Assembly: GCA_021791445.1 (NCBI GenBank)
Contig: JAJYWO010000002.1
Span: forward strand, 21,757 to 85,756
Source: a bacterium
GTDB taxonomy: Bacteria > Patescibacteriota > Minisyncoccia > UBA6257 > UBA9933
Length of the DNA: 64,000 nucleotides
Direction: 5' to 3'
In this document: positions 34,982 to 45,378 of the stretch, piece by piece
How the letters are laid out: every line of letters begins with the position of its first letter
Numbering within the stretch: the stretch's first letter is position 1
The notes under the pieces: model-generated
Told to the model about the DNA's origin: nothing
The model's input: only the letters and a program-made list of their open reading frames with translations
Database searches by the model: none
Translations under genes and position numbers: made by a program

Positions 34982-36430
34982 ATGTCTGAAAATCAAAATA
35001 AAAATTTACTCCTGCGTTCTCCTATTGTGGTGATAATGGGGCATGTTGACCACGGCAAAACCAGTTTGCTGGATTTTATTCGTCGGACAAATATCACTGC
35101 CAAAGAAGCCGGCGGCATTACGCAATCCATCGGCGCGTATGAAATAGAGCACAATTCCAAAAAAATCACATTTATTGACACGCCCGGACACGAGGCGTTT
35201 TCAAAAATGCGCGGACGCGGAGCGAAAGTCGCTGATTTAGCGATTTTAGTGGTAGCGGCTGACGACGGCGTTAAACCGCAAACCAAAGAATCCATTGATA
35301 TAATCAATGAAACAAAAACGCCTTTTATTGTCGCCATCAATAAAATAGACAAACCGAACGCGGATATTGAAAAAACGAAAAATGATTTAATGGCAAACGG
35401 CGTTTTGCTTGAAGGATACGGCGGCAATGTGAGTTGGCAAGCGATTTCCGCCAAAACCGGCCAGGGCGTCAATGAATTGCTTGATTTAATTTTATTGGCC
35501 GCGGAAATGGAGAATTTGACTTACAATCCCGAAGAAAACGCGAGTGGTGTGATTATTGAAGCCAAAGCCGACAGCCGAAGCGGAATAATCGTTTCGGCAA
35601 TCGTCAAAAACGGCGTTCTTAAAACCGGCGACAAAATCGCCACTCCCAGCGCTTGCGGAAAAATAAAAAATCTGGAAAATTTCCTCGGCAAAAAAGTCGC
35701 CGACCTCTCCCCTTCCAGTCCGGCGATGATTCTCGGATTTGAAACTCTACCGCAAATCGGCGAAGAATTTGTAAGCGGGAATATTGAATTGGCTGAAATA
35801 AAAATGGGAACAACGGGAAAAATTCCAACGCAATTTGTTTCTGAAAAAGAAGGATTGATGACTCTTAATTTAATTTTAAAAGCCGATGTTTCCGGTTCGC
35901 TTGAAACCTTGTCTGAAATAATCAAAACACTCGGAAGCGAAACGGTGAAAATCAATATTATCAACGAATCAATCGGCGAAATAACCGACGGCGACATCAA
36001 AAGCGCGGTTTCCAGCAACGCTATAATCGCCGGCTTCCGCGTCAAAACGAACAAAATCGCGGAAAATTTGGCAAAAGCGCAAAACGCAAAAATCATTTTG
36101 TCGGAAATAATTTACGAACTGGTTGAAAAAATACAGGACGAAGTAAAACTTTTGGAAAAACCTTTGCCGCAGGGAGAATTGGAAGTTTTAAAAATTTTCA
36201 ATCAAAAAGGAAAAAAACAATTAGTTGGAGGAAAAGTTATCGCGGGAAAAATAAAAAACAACAGCCGCTTGAAAATTCTGCGCGACAATAATGAAATCGG
36301 CAGCGGTAAAATCGCCAGTTTGAAGAAAATAAAACAAGAAGTCAATGAAGTTCTTCTTAATGAAGAATGCGGGCTTATCTTTGAATCGGATATCGCCGTA
36401 AACGCCGGCGACCGCTTGATATGGCAGTAA
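34982..36430 (+). CDS. infB: Translation initiation factor IF-2, short form lacking the N-terminal region
   Basis: G domain VVIMGHVDHGKTSLLD, DTPGHEAF and NKID. Confidence 0.85.
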   Translation: MSENQNKNLLLRSPIVVIMGHVDHGKTSLLDFIRRTNITAKEAGGITQSIGAYEIEHNSKKITFIDTPGHEAFSKMRGRGAKVADLAILVVAADDGVKPQTKESIDIINETKTPFIVAINKIDKPNADIEKTKNDLMANGVLLEGYGGNVSWQAISAKTGQGVNELLDLILLAAEMENLTYNPEENASGVIIEAKADSRSGIIVSAIVKNGVLKTGDKIATPSACGKIKNLENFLGKKVADLSPSSPAMILGFETLPQIGEEFVSGNIELAEIKMGTTGKIPTQFVSEKEGLMTLNLILKADVSGSLETLSEIIKTLGSETVKINIINESIGEITDGDIKSAVSSNAIIAGFRVKTNKIAENLAKAQNAKIILSEIIYELVEKIQDEVKLLEKPLPQGELEVLKIFNQKGKKQLVGGKVIAGKIKNNSRLKILRDNNEIGSGKIASLKKIKQEVNEVLLNEECGLIFESDIAVNAGDRLIWQ

Positions 36431-36452
36431 TTGTGAAATAAAATAAGCCTGT

Positions 36453-36524
36453 GGCCAGATGGCGAAGAGGTAACGCGGCGGTCTGCAAAACCGCTATGCG
36501 AGGGTTCGAATCCCTCTCTGGCCT
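36453..36524 (+). tRNA. tRNA-Cys(GCA)
   Basis: Anticodon loop CTGCAAA. Discriminator U73. Confidence 0.8.
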
Positions 36525-36526
36525 AT

Positions 36527-36590
36527 TTATAAAAGGCGCTGGGCGATTCCGCCCCAGGCCTCCAAGCTTAAAGGCGCTTTTTTATTTAAT
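36527..36590 (+). terminator. GC-rich hairpins followed by a T-run, after tRNA-Cys
   Basis: CTGGGCG..CGCCCCAG and GGCGCTTTTTTATTT. Confidence 0.4.
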
Positions 36591-36596
36591 AAAAAT

Positions 36597-38009
36597 ATGA
36601 CTAAGAAAACAAAAATAATCGCCACCATCGGGCCGGCGACTGAAAATAAAATAATGATGGAAAAAATGGCGCTGGCGGGAATGAACGTCATCCGTCTCAA
36701 TTTTTCCCACGGTTCGTACGCGGAACACAAAAACAGAATCAATCTGGCGCGTTTTGTTTCGCAAAAAATCAACAAGCCGATTGCGGTTTTACAGGATTTG
36801 TCCGGCCCCAAAATAAGAATCGGCGATTTTTATCAGGAAAACGTTGAATTGAAAAACGGCAAGAAATTTGTTTTAACGACCGAAAAAATCATTGGCGACG
36901 AAAATAAGGTTTTTATAAATTACAAAAATATCGCCGATGAAATTGAAAAAGGCGCGACGATTTTGCTTGATGACGGAAAAGTGGAATTGCGGGTTGAAAA
37001 AATTTCCGGCAATAAAATAATCTGCCGCGTCATCATCGGCGGAAAAATAAAAGGTAGAAGAGGCGTCAATTTCCCGGGAAGCTGTTTGAAAATAAGCTCT
37101 CTTACGGAAAAAGACAAAGAAGACATAAAATTCGGAATTAAAAATAAAGTTGATTTTATGGCGATTTCTTTTGTGCGAACGGTGAATGATATTTTGGAAT
37201 TAAAGAATATTTTAAAAAGAGCGAGGGCGGACATTAAAGTTATCGCCAAAATAGAAACGCAGGAAGCGGTTGAAAACATAGACGAAATAATAAAAGAAGC
37301 GTACGGAATAATGGTGGCGCGCGGAGATTTGGCGGTGGAAGTCGGCGCGGAACAAGTGCCGATTCTCCAAAAAATGATTGTCAAAAAATGCAACGACGCG
37401 GGCAAGCCGGTTATTATCGCCACGCAAATGCTGGAATCAATGATTAAAAATCCCGTGCCGACGCGAGCCGAAGTCAATGACATCGCCAATGCCATTTTAG
37501 ACGGCGCGGACGCGATAATGCTTTCCGAAGAAACCACTTTGGGGGATTTCCCGCTGAAAACAATTGAAGTGATGGCGCGGGTAGCCAGACACACGGAAGT
37601 TAATTTCAATTACGAAAAATTGCTGGAAAACGGCCATTTGACATCTAAAATCATTACCAATTCCGTAAGCTACGCCGTGGCGAATGTCGCTCACAATGTC
37701 GGCGCGAAAGCGATTATCGCGCTCACTGAAAGCGGCGGCACGGCGAAAATGATTTCCCGCTATCGCCTAAAACAGCCGATTCTGGCTTTGACGCCGAATT
37801 CAAAAACATACAATCGCTTGGCGTTAAGTTTTGGCTGCTATCCGTATTTGATAAATCAATTCAAAGACATTTCCGAAGTCGTTGAAACCGCGAAAAAGAT
37901 GGTTTTGAAAAATAAGCTGGCGAAAAAAGGCGAAAAAATCGTGATTTCCGCCGGCATTCCTTTTGGAAAATCCGGCAGCACCAATCTTTTAATCGCGGAA
38001 ATTGTGTAA
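36597..38009 (+). CDS. pyk: Pyruvate kinase
   Basis: TKIIATIGPA...NFSHG and the MVARGDLAVE signature. Confidence 0.9.
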   Translation: MTKKTKIIATIGPATENKIMMEKMALAGMNVIRLNFSHGSYAEHKNRINLARFVSQKINKPIAVLQDLSGPKIRIGDFYQENVELKNGKKFVLTTEKIIGDENKVFINYKNIADEIEKGATILLDDGKVELRVEKISGNKIICRVIIGGKIKGRRGVNFPGSCLKISSLTEKDKEDIKFGIKNKVDFMAISFVRTVNDILELKNILKRARADIKVIAKIETQEAVENIDEIIKEAYGIMVARGDLAVEVGAEQVPILQKMIVKKCNDAGKPVIIATQMLESMIKNPVPTRAEVNDIANAILDGADAIMLSEETTLGDFPLKTIEVMARVARHTEVNFNYEKLLENGHLTSKIITNSVSYAVANVAHNVGAKAIIALTESGGTAKMISRYRLKQPILALTPNSKTYNRLALSFGCYPYLINQFKDISEVVETAKKMVLKNKLAKKGEKIVISAGIPFGKSGSTNLLIAEIV

Positions 38010-38044
38010 TATAATAAAAAAAACGCCCGGGTGGCGGAATGGTA

Positions 38045-38124
38045 TACGCACACGACTTAAAATCGTGAACCGTAAGGTGTGTGGGTTCGAGTCCCACCCC
38101 GGGCAAATCCAATAGCGTGTCGCT
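38045..38124 (+). tRNA. tRNA-Leu(TAA)
   Basis: Long variable arm. Anticodon loop CTTAAAA. Confidence 0.85.
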
Positions 38125-38148
38125 TGATGATTTAATGAAATAACGGCT

Positions 38149-40239
38149 ATGGAATTTTTAACCTCGCTTTTACCTAAAATTCAGCACCTTGGTGCGCTCG
38201 GGTATTGGATAGTATTGCTTATTTCTCTGGCGGAATCGCTGCCATTTATTGGCTTAATCATCCCCGGCGCTATTTTAGCCGGACTTTTTGGTTTTTTCTC
38301 CGCGCAGGGATATCTTGATATCGGAAACCTGATTTTGTTTTCTGCCATAGGCGCAATACTCGGAGATAACATTAGTTATTATCTCGGCACACGGGGTACG
38401 AAACTTTTCCGTCAGGAAAATAAAATACTCAAATTGAGCCATTTAGAAAGCGGCGAGCGATTTTTCAAAAAGCATGGCAATAAAAGCATTTTCTTGGGAA
38501 GGTTTATCGGCCCGCTTCGGCCCATCATTCCGTTTGTCGCGGGACTTTTCCGAATGGATAGAAAAGCTTTTCTGTTTTGGAACATTATCAGCGGTGTTCT
38601 TTGGGCGATTTCTTTTTTGCTTCTTGGCTATTTCTTTGGCGGCGCATTAAACGCGATTGGGATTTGGTCAAGCCGCGTGGGGTTATTTGTTCTTGCAGTG
38701 GTGATTTCTGTAATCATCATTCGTATTCTCGTAAAATACGCGCCGCCGTTTTTTGCCTTTCTCAAATCGATTTCTCTGTCTATAAAAGAAGCTTTTATTC
38801 TCAATCCCGACATCAAAAATTTTATTGTCAAACACCCGATACTTTCAAACTTTGTCCGCAACAGATTGAATAAAGAGAGATTTTCCGGCTTGTCTCTTAC
38901 ATTGCTTGGCGTAGCGTTTGTGTATGTTCTTGTTCTGTTTTTCGGCATTATTGAAAACATCATCACTTCAGATGTTATTGTTGCAGCAGATACGCGCGTG
39001 GCAAATCTTTTAGCCGCTTTTCGCGATGTCGAGCTAATAAGAATTTTTACATGGATAACGCTGCTGGGGAAATGGCAAATTATTATAAGTTCGGCGATCG
39101 TTCTTTCCGCAATTCTTTGGTTATGGCGAAAAAGATTGTATCTGCTCCCTTTTTGGGTAACGATTGTCGGAAGCGAACTTTTTAATTCTCTCGGAAAGTT
39201 GGCATTCCATCGCGCGCGACCCGGTGTTGCTTTTTATGCCGAGGACACTTTTTCGTTCCCCAGCGGGCACGCAACGATTTCTGTCGCGTTTTATGGCTTT
39301 CTCGCATATATTTTGTTTAGGCAAATCAAAAAATGGAAGTACAAAATCAACGCGCTTTTTTTCGGAATTGTAATTATTCTCGCAATCGGCTTAAGCCGTC
39401 TGTATCTCGGAGTCCATTTTTTGAGTGATGTATGGGGCGGTTATCTTTTGGGCGCACTTTGGCTTTTAATAGGAATATCTATCTCGGAATGGTTGCGCCG
39501 CCGCAAGCCGTCGCCGTCATTTACTCCGGCACAGCAAGCAAAAGTTTTTGCGTCAATCCTGATTCTTGCCGAAATTATTTTTTATGTTAATTTTGCTCTT
39601 CGTTATAATCCGCCTGTCGTCCGCCAAGAAACGACAAATGTGTTTGTGGTTGCCAATGTGTTAAGGGAATTTTCCGACAAAAATATCCCGCGTTTTACCG
39701 AAACTCTAATTGGCGATACGCAAGAGCCGTTAAGTTTTATCGTGATTGCCGAAAATGACCAGAAAATTTTTGGTGCGATGCGAAAGGCGGGATGGTATCG
39801 CGCTGATACCGCAACGTTTGCTTCTGTTGCCAAGCTTGCGAAATCGGCAATTTTAAATAAAAACTACCCGACCGCGCCGATGACCCCGTCATTTTGGAAC
39901 GCCAAAGTGCATGATTTTGGTTTTGAAAAACCGACCGAAACACAAAGCGTACGCGAGCGGCATCACGCGCGATTTTGGCGAACGCCATTTGAGATGCAAA
40001 ACGGCAGGCGCGTATATATCGGAACGGCAAGCGAAGATGTTGGCTTGAAGTGGTTTATCACTCATATGATCAAACCGGATATTGATACGGAGCGAGAGCT
40101 TTTGTTTTCCGATTTGGAAAATACCGGTTTTATCCTCAATTTTGCAAAAAAAAAATTTGTTGAGCCGACGCTCGGCAAGAATTTTTCAGGGGACCAATTT
40201 TTCACTGACGGCGAGGTGTATATTATTAATCTGAAATAA
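38149..40239 (+). CDS. Membrane protein fusing a DedA/SNARE-associated domain, a PAP2 phosphatase domain, and a roughly 230-aa C-terminal extracytoplasmic domain
   Basis: DedA motif in LAESLPFIGLIIPG. PAP2 motifs RP, PSGH and SR..LGVHFLSD. Confidence 0.65.
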   Translation: MEFLTSLLPKIQHLGALGYWIVLLISLAESLPFIGLIIPGAILAGLFGFFSAQGYLDIGNLILFSAIGAILGDNISYYLGTRGTKLFRQENKILKLSHLESGERFFKKHGNKSIFLGRFIGPLRPIIPFVAGLFRMDRKAFLFWNIISGVLWAISFLLLGYFFGGALNAIGIWSSRVGLFVLAVVISVIIIRILVKYAPPFFAFLKSISLSIKEAFILNPDIKNFIVKHPILSNFVRNRLNKERFSGLSLTLLGVAFVYVLVLFFGIIENIITSDVIVAADTRVANLLAAFRDVELIRIFTWITLLGKWQIIISSAIVLSAILWLWRKRLYLLPFWVTIVGSELFNSLGKLAFHRARPGVAFYAEDTFSFPSGHATISVAFYGFLAYILFRQIKKWKYKINALFFGIVIILAIGLSRLYLGVHFLSDVWGGYLLGALWLLIGISISEWLRRRKPSPSFTPAQQAKVFASILILAEIIFYVNFALRYNPPVVRQETTNVFVVANVLREFSDKNIPRFTETLIGDTQEPLSFIVIAENDQKIFGAMRKAGWYRADTATFASVAKLAKSAILNKNYPTAPMTPSFWNAKVHDFGFEKPTETQSVRERHHARFWRTPFEMQNGRRVYIGTASEDVGLKWFITHMIKPDIDTERELLFSDLENTGFILNFAKKKFVEPTLGKNFSGDQFFTDGEVYIINLK

Positions 40240-41980
40240 AGCCGGCGATTGATAAAGAGGTTTGCGGTTTGGCGGATACCGGAAAAATTGTTCTCGCCAC
40301 CACTCGTTCGCCTTCATTCAATCCAAAAATAATTTCCGTGAATTCGTCGCTGGCGATTCCGATTTCCACTTTTTGCTTTCTCGGCGCTTTGTCTGAAACA
40401 AATCCTTGCCTGTCTCTTGAACTTGCCAACGGCCCGTCGAATATCTCAACATAATGCGAATCCCCCTGAGATTTTACGGCGCTGTTCGGAATAATAAGAA
40501 CATCTTGTTTTGTGTCCGTAATTATGGAAGCGCTCATGCTCATTCCGGGTTTTATCAATTCTTCTTGCGAATCAAAAATTATTTTTACGGTATAAGAAAC
40601 GACTCCGAAAGAAATTTCGCCAATAGTGTCAATTTCGCTCACTTCGCCGTTAACGCTTAAGTCCGGGATCGCGTCAAAAGTCAGAACCGCTTTTTGTCCG
40701 GTTTTTATTTTAGCGGCGTCAATTTCATTCAAACTTATCTCGGCAATATGGTAAGTCGTCACCATGGTCGCCGCCGCGCTGTTAACGGAAATTGTGTCTC
40801 CTTGTTTAAAATTTATTTTCGCCGCAATGCCGTCAAAAGGCGCGCGAATGGAATAATCGTTAAGATTTTCCTTGGCATCCAAAAGCGCGTTTTCTTTCTG
40901 CTGAACCGCCAATTCCTGCGCCTGAATATCCAACTCATCCGCTCCGGCTTTAAGTTTGGCAAGCGATTCAATTTTTTCGGCGATTGTCCTATCGGCATTA
41001 GCAATGGCTGTTTTGGAATCTTCAATAGTTTGCTTAATCGCCAAAAGATTCAATAAATGCGAATTTGCTTTTGAAGTGTAGGTGTTAAGCGAACTTTGAT
41101 GCGCCGCTACGGTTGAAGGCGCGGTAATACTATGCAGAGTCATCACATCTTTTACAAAATCAATGAAATTATTGGAGGTTTTTACGGCGTCTGCGATTGT
41201 TTTCGCGGTGCCGTAAGTTTCCATAATTAAAGATTCCAAAGTTTGCGCGTCGGAAGTTCTGGAAACAGCTTTGTAATTTTCAAAATTTTTATTATATTGC
41301 TGCCGCGCCAAAGTGTATGCCTGATTAACGCCGATTTTATACGTGTCCGTTTTTTGCTGTTCCCAAGTTGAAGACTGGCTGGCGTACCAATCTATATTCC
41401 ATTGAGAAACGGATATTGTGCTTTTGTATAAAATATCCTCCAAGCCGGTTATTATGGTCGGGAAATCAAGAAAAGCATTGGAAACCGCGTTAAATCCGTC
41501 GTCATACGCTTTCTGCAAATCGTTTTCCGCTTTTCGTTTTGATTCTTTTGCCTGCGCCAGAGCGTTTTCCGCCTGTAAGATAGAAAGGGTGTCGGCCGGT
41601 TTTTTCAATTTTTCCAAAGCCAGTTTCGCGGAATCAAGATTCGTTTGGGCGTCGCGAACCGCTTTTTGAGCGTCGCGGCTGCCAATTTGAAGAAGTAAAT
41701 CTCCAGTTTTTACTTCTTGGCCGTTAGCGACCGCCACAAAAATCACATCTCCGGAAACTTTTGATTTGACGTCTATTTGGTTAAAAGCGGAAATTTGTCC
41801 GGTTCCGGAAATGGAAGCCGTAATCGTTCCCTTTTCCGCCCGCGCCAAAATATAAACCGTCTCTTCGCCTTTTTTAAAAACCAAAGAATAAATTCCATAT
41901 CCGCCTCCCAAAACCGCCAAGGCGATTATCAATGAAACAATTTTTCGTTTAATAATAAATTTTATAATTTTTTTTAACAT
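40226..41980 (-). CDS. HlyD-family periplasmic adaptor (membrane fusion protein)
   Basis: N-terminal TM segment, long coiled coils, and a C-terminal beta-barrel region. No partner pump is adjacent. Confidence 0.55.
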   Translation of the reverse strand: MLKKIIKFIIKRKIVSLIIALAVLGGGYGIYSLVFKKGEETVYILARAEKGTITASISGTGQISAFNQIDVKSKVSGDVIFVAVANGQEVKTGDLLLQIGSRDAQKAVRDAQTNLDSAKLALEKLKKPADTLSILQAENALAQAKESKRKAENDLQKAYDDGFNAVSNAFLDFPTIITGLEDILYKSTISVSQWNIDWYASQSSTWEQQKTDTYKIGVNQAYTLARQQYNKNFENYKAVSRTSDAQTLESLIMETYGTAKTIADAVKTSNNFIDFVKDVMTLHSITAPSTVAAHQSSLNTYTSKANSHLLNLLAIKQTIEDSKTAIANADRTIAEKIESLAKLKAGADELDIQAQELAVQQKENALLDAKENLNDYSIRAPFDGIAAKINFKQGDTISVNSAAATMVTTYHIAEISLNEIDAAKIKTGQKAVLTFDAIPDLSVNGEVSEIDTIGEISFGVVSYTVKIIFDSQEELIKPGMSMSASIITDTKQDVLIIPNSAVKSQGDSHYVEIFDGPLASSRDRQGFVSDKAPRKQKVEIGIASDEFTEIIFGLNEGERVVARTIFPVSAKPQTSLSIAGFISD

Positions 41981-42054
41981 ATTTTCCGCTTACCTTTTAA
42001 ACAATTATATCAAAAATATTGCAAAAAATCTTTTCGCATGTTCTAATAACCTTT

Positions 42055-42306
42055 TTTTTATTACGCCCCTCTCCAAAACTTTTCATAGCGAACATCGCGC
42101 AAGGTTAAGGATAAATCAATGAGCGGAATGAAGGATTTTTTGACTATAAATTTAATGGTCGGAAAACTCCTGACATAATTTTACGAAGTAAAATTATGGC
42201 GGAGGGTAAACGGGCACCGTTAAATTTATTCAAAAAATCAGATTGGAGCGATTTGATTTATTTAACCTGAGCGTCGTGAGCGAGAAAAGTTTTAGAGAAG
42301 GGCGCA
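42055..42306 (-). repeat. MITE-like element, copy B. Inverted relative to copy A, with the same terminal repeats and a different core that contains hairpin CATAATTTTAC-TTCG-GTAAAATTATG.
   Basis: Both ends match 22065-22322 in reverse complement. Abuts the stop codon of the SIMPL gene. Confidence 0.55.
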
Positions 42307-42311
42307 CCTCC

Positions 42312-43094
42312 CTACTCTATCTCGTATCTTAAAATTACATTGACCTTTATTTCCTGCGAACCGGGTTCTATTTGCGGGGCCGGCAAAGAAGTTTCCATCG
42401 CGGTTTTCGCAAAACCGCCGATTCCATATCCGTAAATCGGCTCCGAATAGCCGCCCTCGTCAATGGAAAGCAATTTCCCGACTTTAAAATCCCCCGCTTC
42501 GGCAATCAATTTCGCCCGCTCTTTAGCTTTTTTAATCGCTTCTTCGCGCGCTTTATCTTGAATAACTGATAAATCGTCAATGTTGAAAGAAAGCTGGGAA
42601 ACCGAATTGGCGCCGTTTTGGACAACTCCCGCCATAATATCGCCTATTTTTTCAAAATTTCTTATTTTTACGGCAATCGTTTGGGTAATCGTATATCCGA
42701 CGATTTCAGCCGGCGGACACGGCTCTGCCGCTTCCCGCGAAATCGGACAAGAATAATACTGGTACCGCGGGTCAAGATTGTAATTTTGCGTTTTAATGTC
42801 TTTATCCACGACTCCGCTTAATTTCGCGAAATTGATTATTTTATTCGTTTTGTCGGTATTTTCCTTTTGCAATTTAGCGATATCTTTGCCGCCCTCGGTT
42901 ATCACGCTAAAAGTGAATTGCGCGATATCCGGAATCGCCGTTATTTTACCCTCTCCGCTCGCTGAAAAACTGCGGAAAGAAGACGGCTGAATAGATTTTG
43001 AATAACTGTTCACGTACGACATTACCGACAAAGCGAAAATAAACAAAACCGCGATTATGGCAATACCGAGATAATTTTTTATTTTTATATTCAT
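42312..43094 (-). CDS. SIMPL/DUF541 (BP26-like) periplasmic protein
   Basis: N-terminal signal/TM segment. Family-level resemblance only. Confidence 0.45.
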   Translation of the reverse strand: MNIKIKNYLGIAIIAVLFIFALSVMSYVNSYSKSIQPSSFRSFSASGEGKITAIPDIAQFTFSVITEGGKDIAKLQKENTDKTNKIINFAKLSGVVDKDIKTQNYNLDPRYQYYSCPISREAAEPCPPAEIVGYTITQTIAVKIRNFEKIGDIMAGVVQNGANSVSQLSFNIDDLSVIQDKAREEAIKKAKERAKLIAEAGDFKVGKLLSIDEGGYSEPIYGYGIGGFAKTAMETSLPAPQIEPGSQEIKVNVILRYEIE

Positions 43095-43171
43095 ATTAAT
43101 TTAATTTTAAATTACATCAACAATATAAAACCCCTAAATTTTAGGTTTGATAAAATTTTATCATAAAAACA

Positions 43172-43423
43172 TTACGCTGAATACACTTTGTCGTTTTCAC
43201 GCGCCTTTTCCTCCACCTTAATCCCCACTTCCTGTCCTTCTTCCGCTTTGTCTATTTCCTTATGATTATACTGCATTGAATCAATTTTCTGCGTAAAATC
43301 CGTGTGGCTGCCCCTGATAGCAATCGTTTCTCCCCTTTTAATTGCCTTATTAAACTTAACAATCGCTACGCCAATGCCGCCGTAATAATGGGTTATTTCG
43401 CCGATTGGCTTTTCTTCTGCCAT
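43172..43423 (-). CDS. Hypothetical 83-aa protein, possibly an EF-Tu-domain-2-like beta-barrel
   Basis: GEITHYYGGIGVAIVKF..GETIAIRG. Weak. Confidence 0.35.
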   Translation of the reverse strand: MAEEKPIGEITHYYGGIGVAIVKFNKAIKRGETIAIRGSHTDFTQKIDSMQYNHKEIDKAEEGQEVGIKVEEKARENDKVYSA

Positions 43424-43567
43424 AAAAATGATTTTGAATTAACGCGACCTTTGGATTATTTTAATTTTTTATAAGCCAGATAAATTAAAACGCCAAGAGC
43501 GATGCCGAGAATTATGAACCGCAGATAATCCTGCATCGCGGACCAATCATGAATAAATTATACTTTA

Positions 43568-43867
43568 TTATTCCAAATTTTGCCAAGCTAAAATTCCGCC
43601 TTCGAGATTAAAACAATCTTTGTTTAACGAAGCCGCTATATTTGCGGCTACGGCGCTTCTGGCTCCGCTGCGGCACATAAAAATAATTTCCTTATTCCAA
43701 TCAATTTCATTTATCCGTTCGGATAATTCCCCCAAAGGAATCAATTTCGCGCCTTCAATATGCGATTCTTCATATTCTTCCGGCTGGCGGACATCTATAA
43801 TTTCAATGTCGCCGCCTTTTGATTTGATAAGTTCGCGCAATTCTTCGGCGCTTATATTTTTAACCAT
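43568..43867 (-). CDS. Single-domain rhodanese (sulfurtransferase)
   Basis: Active-site CRSGARS. Confidence 0.8.
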   Translation of the reverse strand: MVKNISAEELRELIKSKGGDIEIIDVRQPEEYEESHIEGAKLIPLGELSERINEIDWNKEIIFMCRSGARSAVAANIAASLNKDCFNLEGGILAWQNLE

Positions 43868-43927
43868 TTTTATATTTTACGCTTATTGTAAAAAAATAAA
43901 AGGGCTCCGAAGAACCCCTAAACATAT

Positions 43928-45304
43928 TTATTCTCCTTTTATAACCGCCACGGGAACCAAGCGCGCGACTTTTTTTGACAATCCGGCTTGATGGGTAATT
44001 TCAACGACTTCGTCTATATTTTTGTACGCCTGCGGCGCTTCTTCGGCGATGCCGCGCATTGAATAACATTTCACTATGATATTTTTACTTCTTAAATTTT
44101 CGACAATCTCTTTCCCGGATAATGTTTTTATCGCCTGATGCCGGCTCATCATTCTGCCCGCGCCATGAGCCGAAGAATAAAACGCTTCCTTGCCGCTTTC
44201 TTGGCCGATTAAAACATAAGAAGCCGTTCCCATTGAACCCGGAATCAAAACCGGCTGGCCGGGGAAAGCCCGTGTGGCGCCCTTGCGATGAACTATTAAA
44301 TTATTCTCAATTTTAGCGATATTATGCGCGACATCGTATAAAACACTCAACCCTCGGCCATTTAACGCTTTATCCCACACTTGCCGAACATAATGAGTAA
44401 TCATTTGCCTGTTCGCCCAGGCGAAATTCGCTCCGCAAGCCATTGCCTTGAAAAATCTTTGGCCTTCCGCGGAATTAAACGGCGCGCAAGCCAATTCCCT
44501 ATCCGGCAATTCAATGCCGTATTTCGGCATCACTTGAACCATTAAGCGAATATAATCCGTGGCAATCTGATGCCCTAAACCGCGGCTGCCGGTGTGAATC
44601 ATTACAACGACTTGATTCTCAAATAAGCCGAATTTTTTGGCGGTTTCTTTATCGTATATTTTATCAACTTTCTGAATTTCCAAAAAATGATTGCCCGAGC
44701 CGAGCGTGCCGACTTGATCTCGGCCGCGATTTTTCGCAATTTGCGAAACTTCTAAAGCGTCCGCCCAATCCAATTTGCCGTTAGATTCGCAATTTTCAAT
44801 ATCCTGTTTTTCGCCGAATCCTCGTCTTACAATTTCCTGCGCTCCGTTTTCCAAAATTTTATCCAATTCGGAAACGTTTAATTTCTGCAGATGCCCCCTG
44901 CCTAATCCTGATGGCACAGTTCTTTGGATTTCCGTTGCCAAAGCGTCAAGATGATTTTTGATTTCATCAATAAAAATATTTGATTTCAATAATCTCACCC
45001 CGCAATTCTGATCATAACCCACGGCGCCCGGAGAAATTACGCCACCCTCAACGCGTGTGGCGAAAACGCCGCCGATAGGACTGCCATATCCTTCATGCGC
45101 GTCCGGCATCACAATCGCGTATTTTTCAATCCCCGGAAGCGTCGTCAAATTAACCAACTGCTCCAAGCTTCTGTCCTGAAAAATATATTCCAGCATTTTT
45201 TCGCTGGCGTAAATTCTTGCCGGCACTTTCATATCGCTCCGAAAAGATTTGGGGATTTCCCATAAATAATCGCTGATTTTAATTAAATCTTGTTTATTTA
45301 TCAT
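43928..45304 (-). CDS. rtcB: RNA 3'-phosphate ligase RtcB
   Basis: Conserved RtcB histidine-containing segments: HTGSRGLGHQ, HNIAKIE and SAHGAGR. Confidence 0.9.
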   Translation of the reverse strand: MINKQDLIKISDYLWEIPKSFRSDMKVPARIYASEKMLEYIFQDRSLEQLVNLTTLPGIEKYAIVMPDAHEGYGSPIGGVFATRVEGGVISPGAVGYDQNCGVRLLKSNIFIDEIKNHLDALATEIQRTVPSGLGRGHLQKLNVSELDKILENGAQEIVRRGFGEKQDIENCESNGKLDWADALEVSQIAKNRGRDQVGTLGSGNHFLEIQKVDKIYDKETAKKFGLFENQVVVMIHTGSRGLGHQIATDYIRLMVQVMPKYGIELPDRELACAPFNSAEGQRFFKAMACGANFAWANRQMITHYVRQVWDKALNGRGLSVLYDVAHNIAKIENNLIVHRKGATRAFPGQPVLIPGSMGTASYVLIGQESGKEAFYSSAHGAGRMMSRHQAIKTLSGKEIVENLRSKNIIVKCYSMRGIAEEAPQAYKNIDEVVEITHQAGLSKKVARLVPVAVIKGE

Positions 45305-45310
45305 TTATTT

Positions 45311-45356
45311 AAAGTATAACATTTTGTTGTCGATCGACAACAAAATGTTATACTTT
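45311..45356. promoter_or_regulatory. 46-bp perfect palindrome AAAGTATAACATTTTGTTGTCGATCGACAACAAAATGTTATACTTT, 6 nt upstream of the rtcB ATG
   Basis: Same family as the grpE and regulator operators. No Shine-Dalgarno sequence lies between it and the ATG. Confidence 0.55.
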
Positions 45357-45378
45357 TCGCAATTTATAATTATTATTC

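Noticed and set aside
43775-43800. Partial CCGGCTGGCGGA matches inside the rhodanese gene and gatA (51700-51715), considered as further palindrome insertions
   Set aside because: They encode the family-conserved motifs DVRQPEE (rhodanese) and GGSIRQPA (GatA). This is native coding sequence resembling the palindrome by chance.
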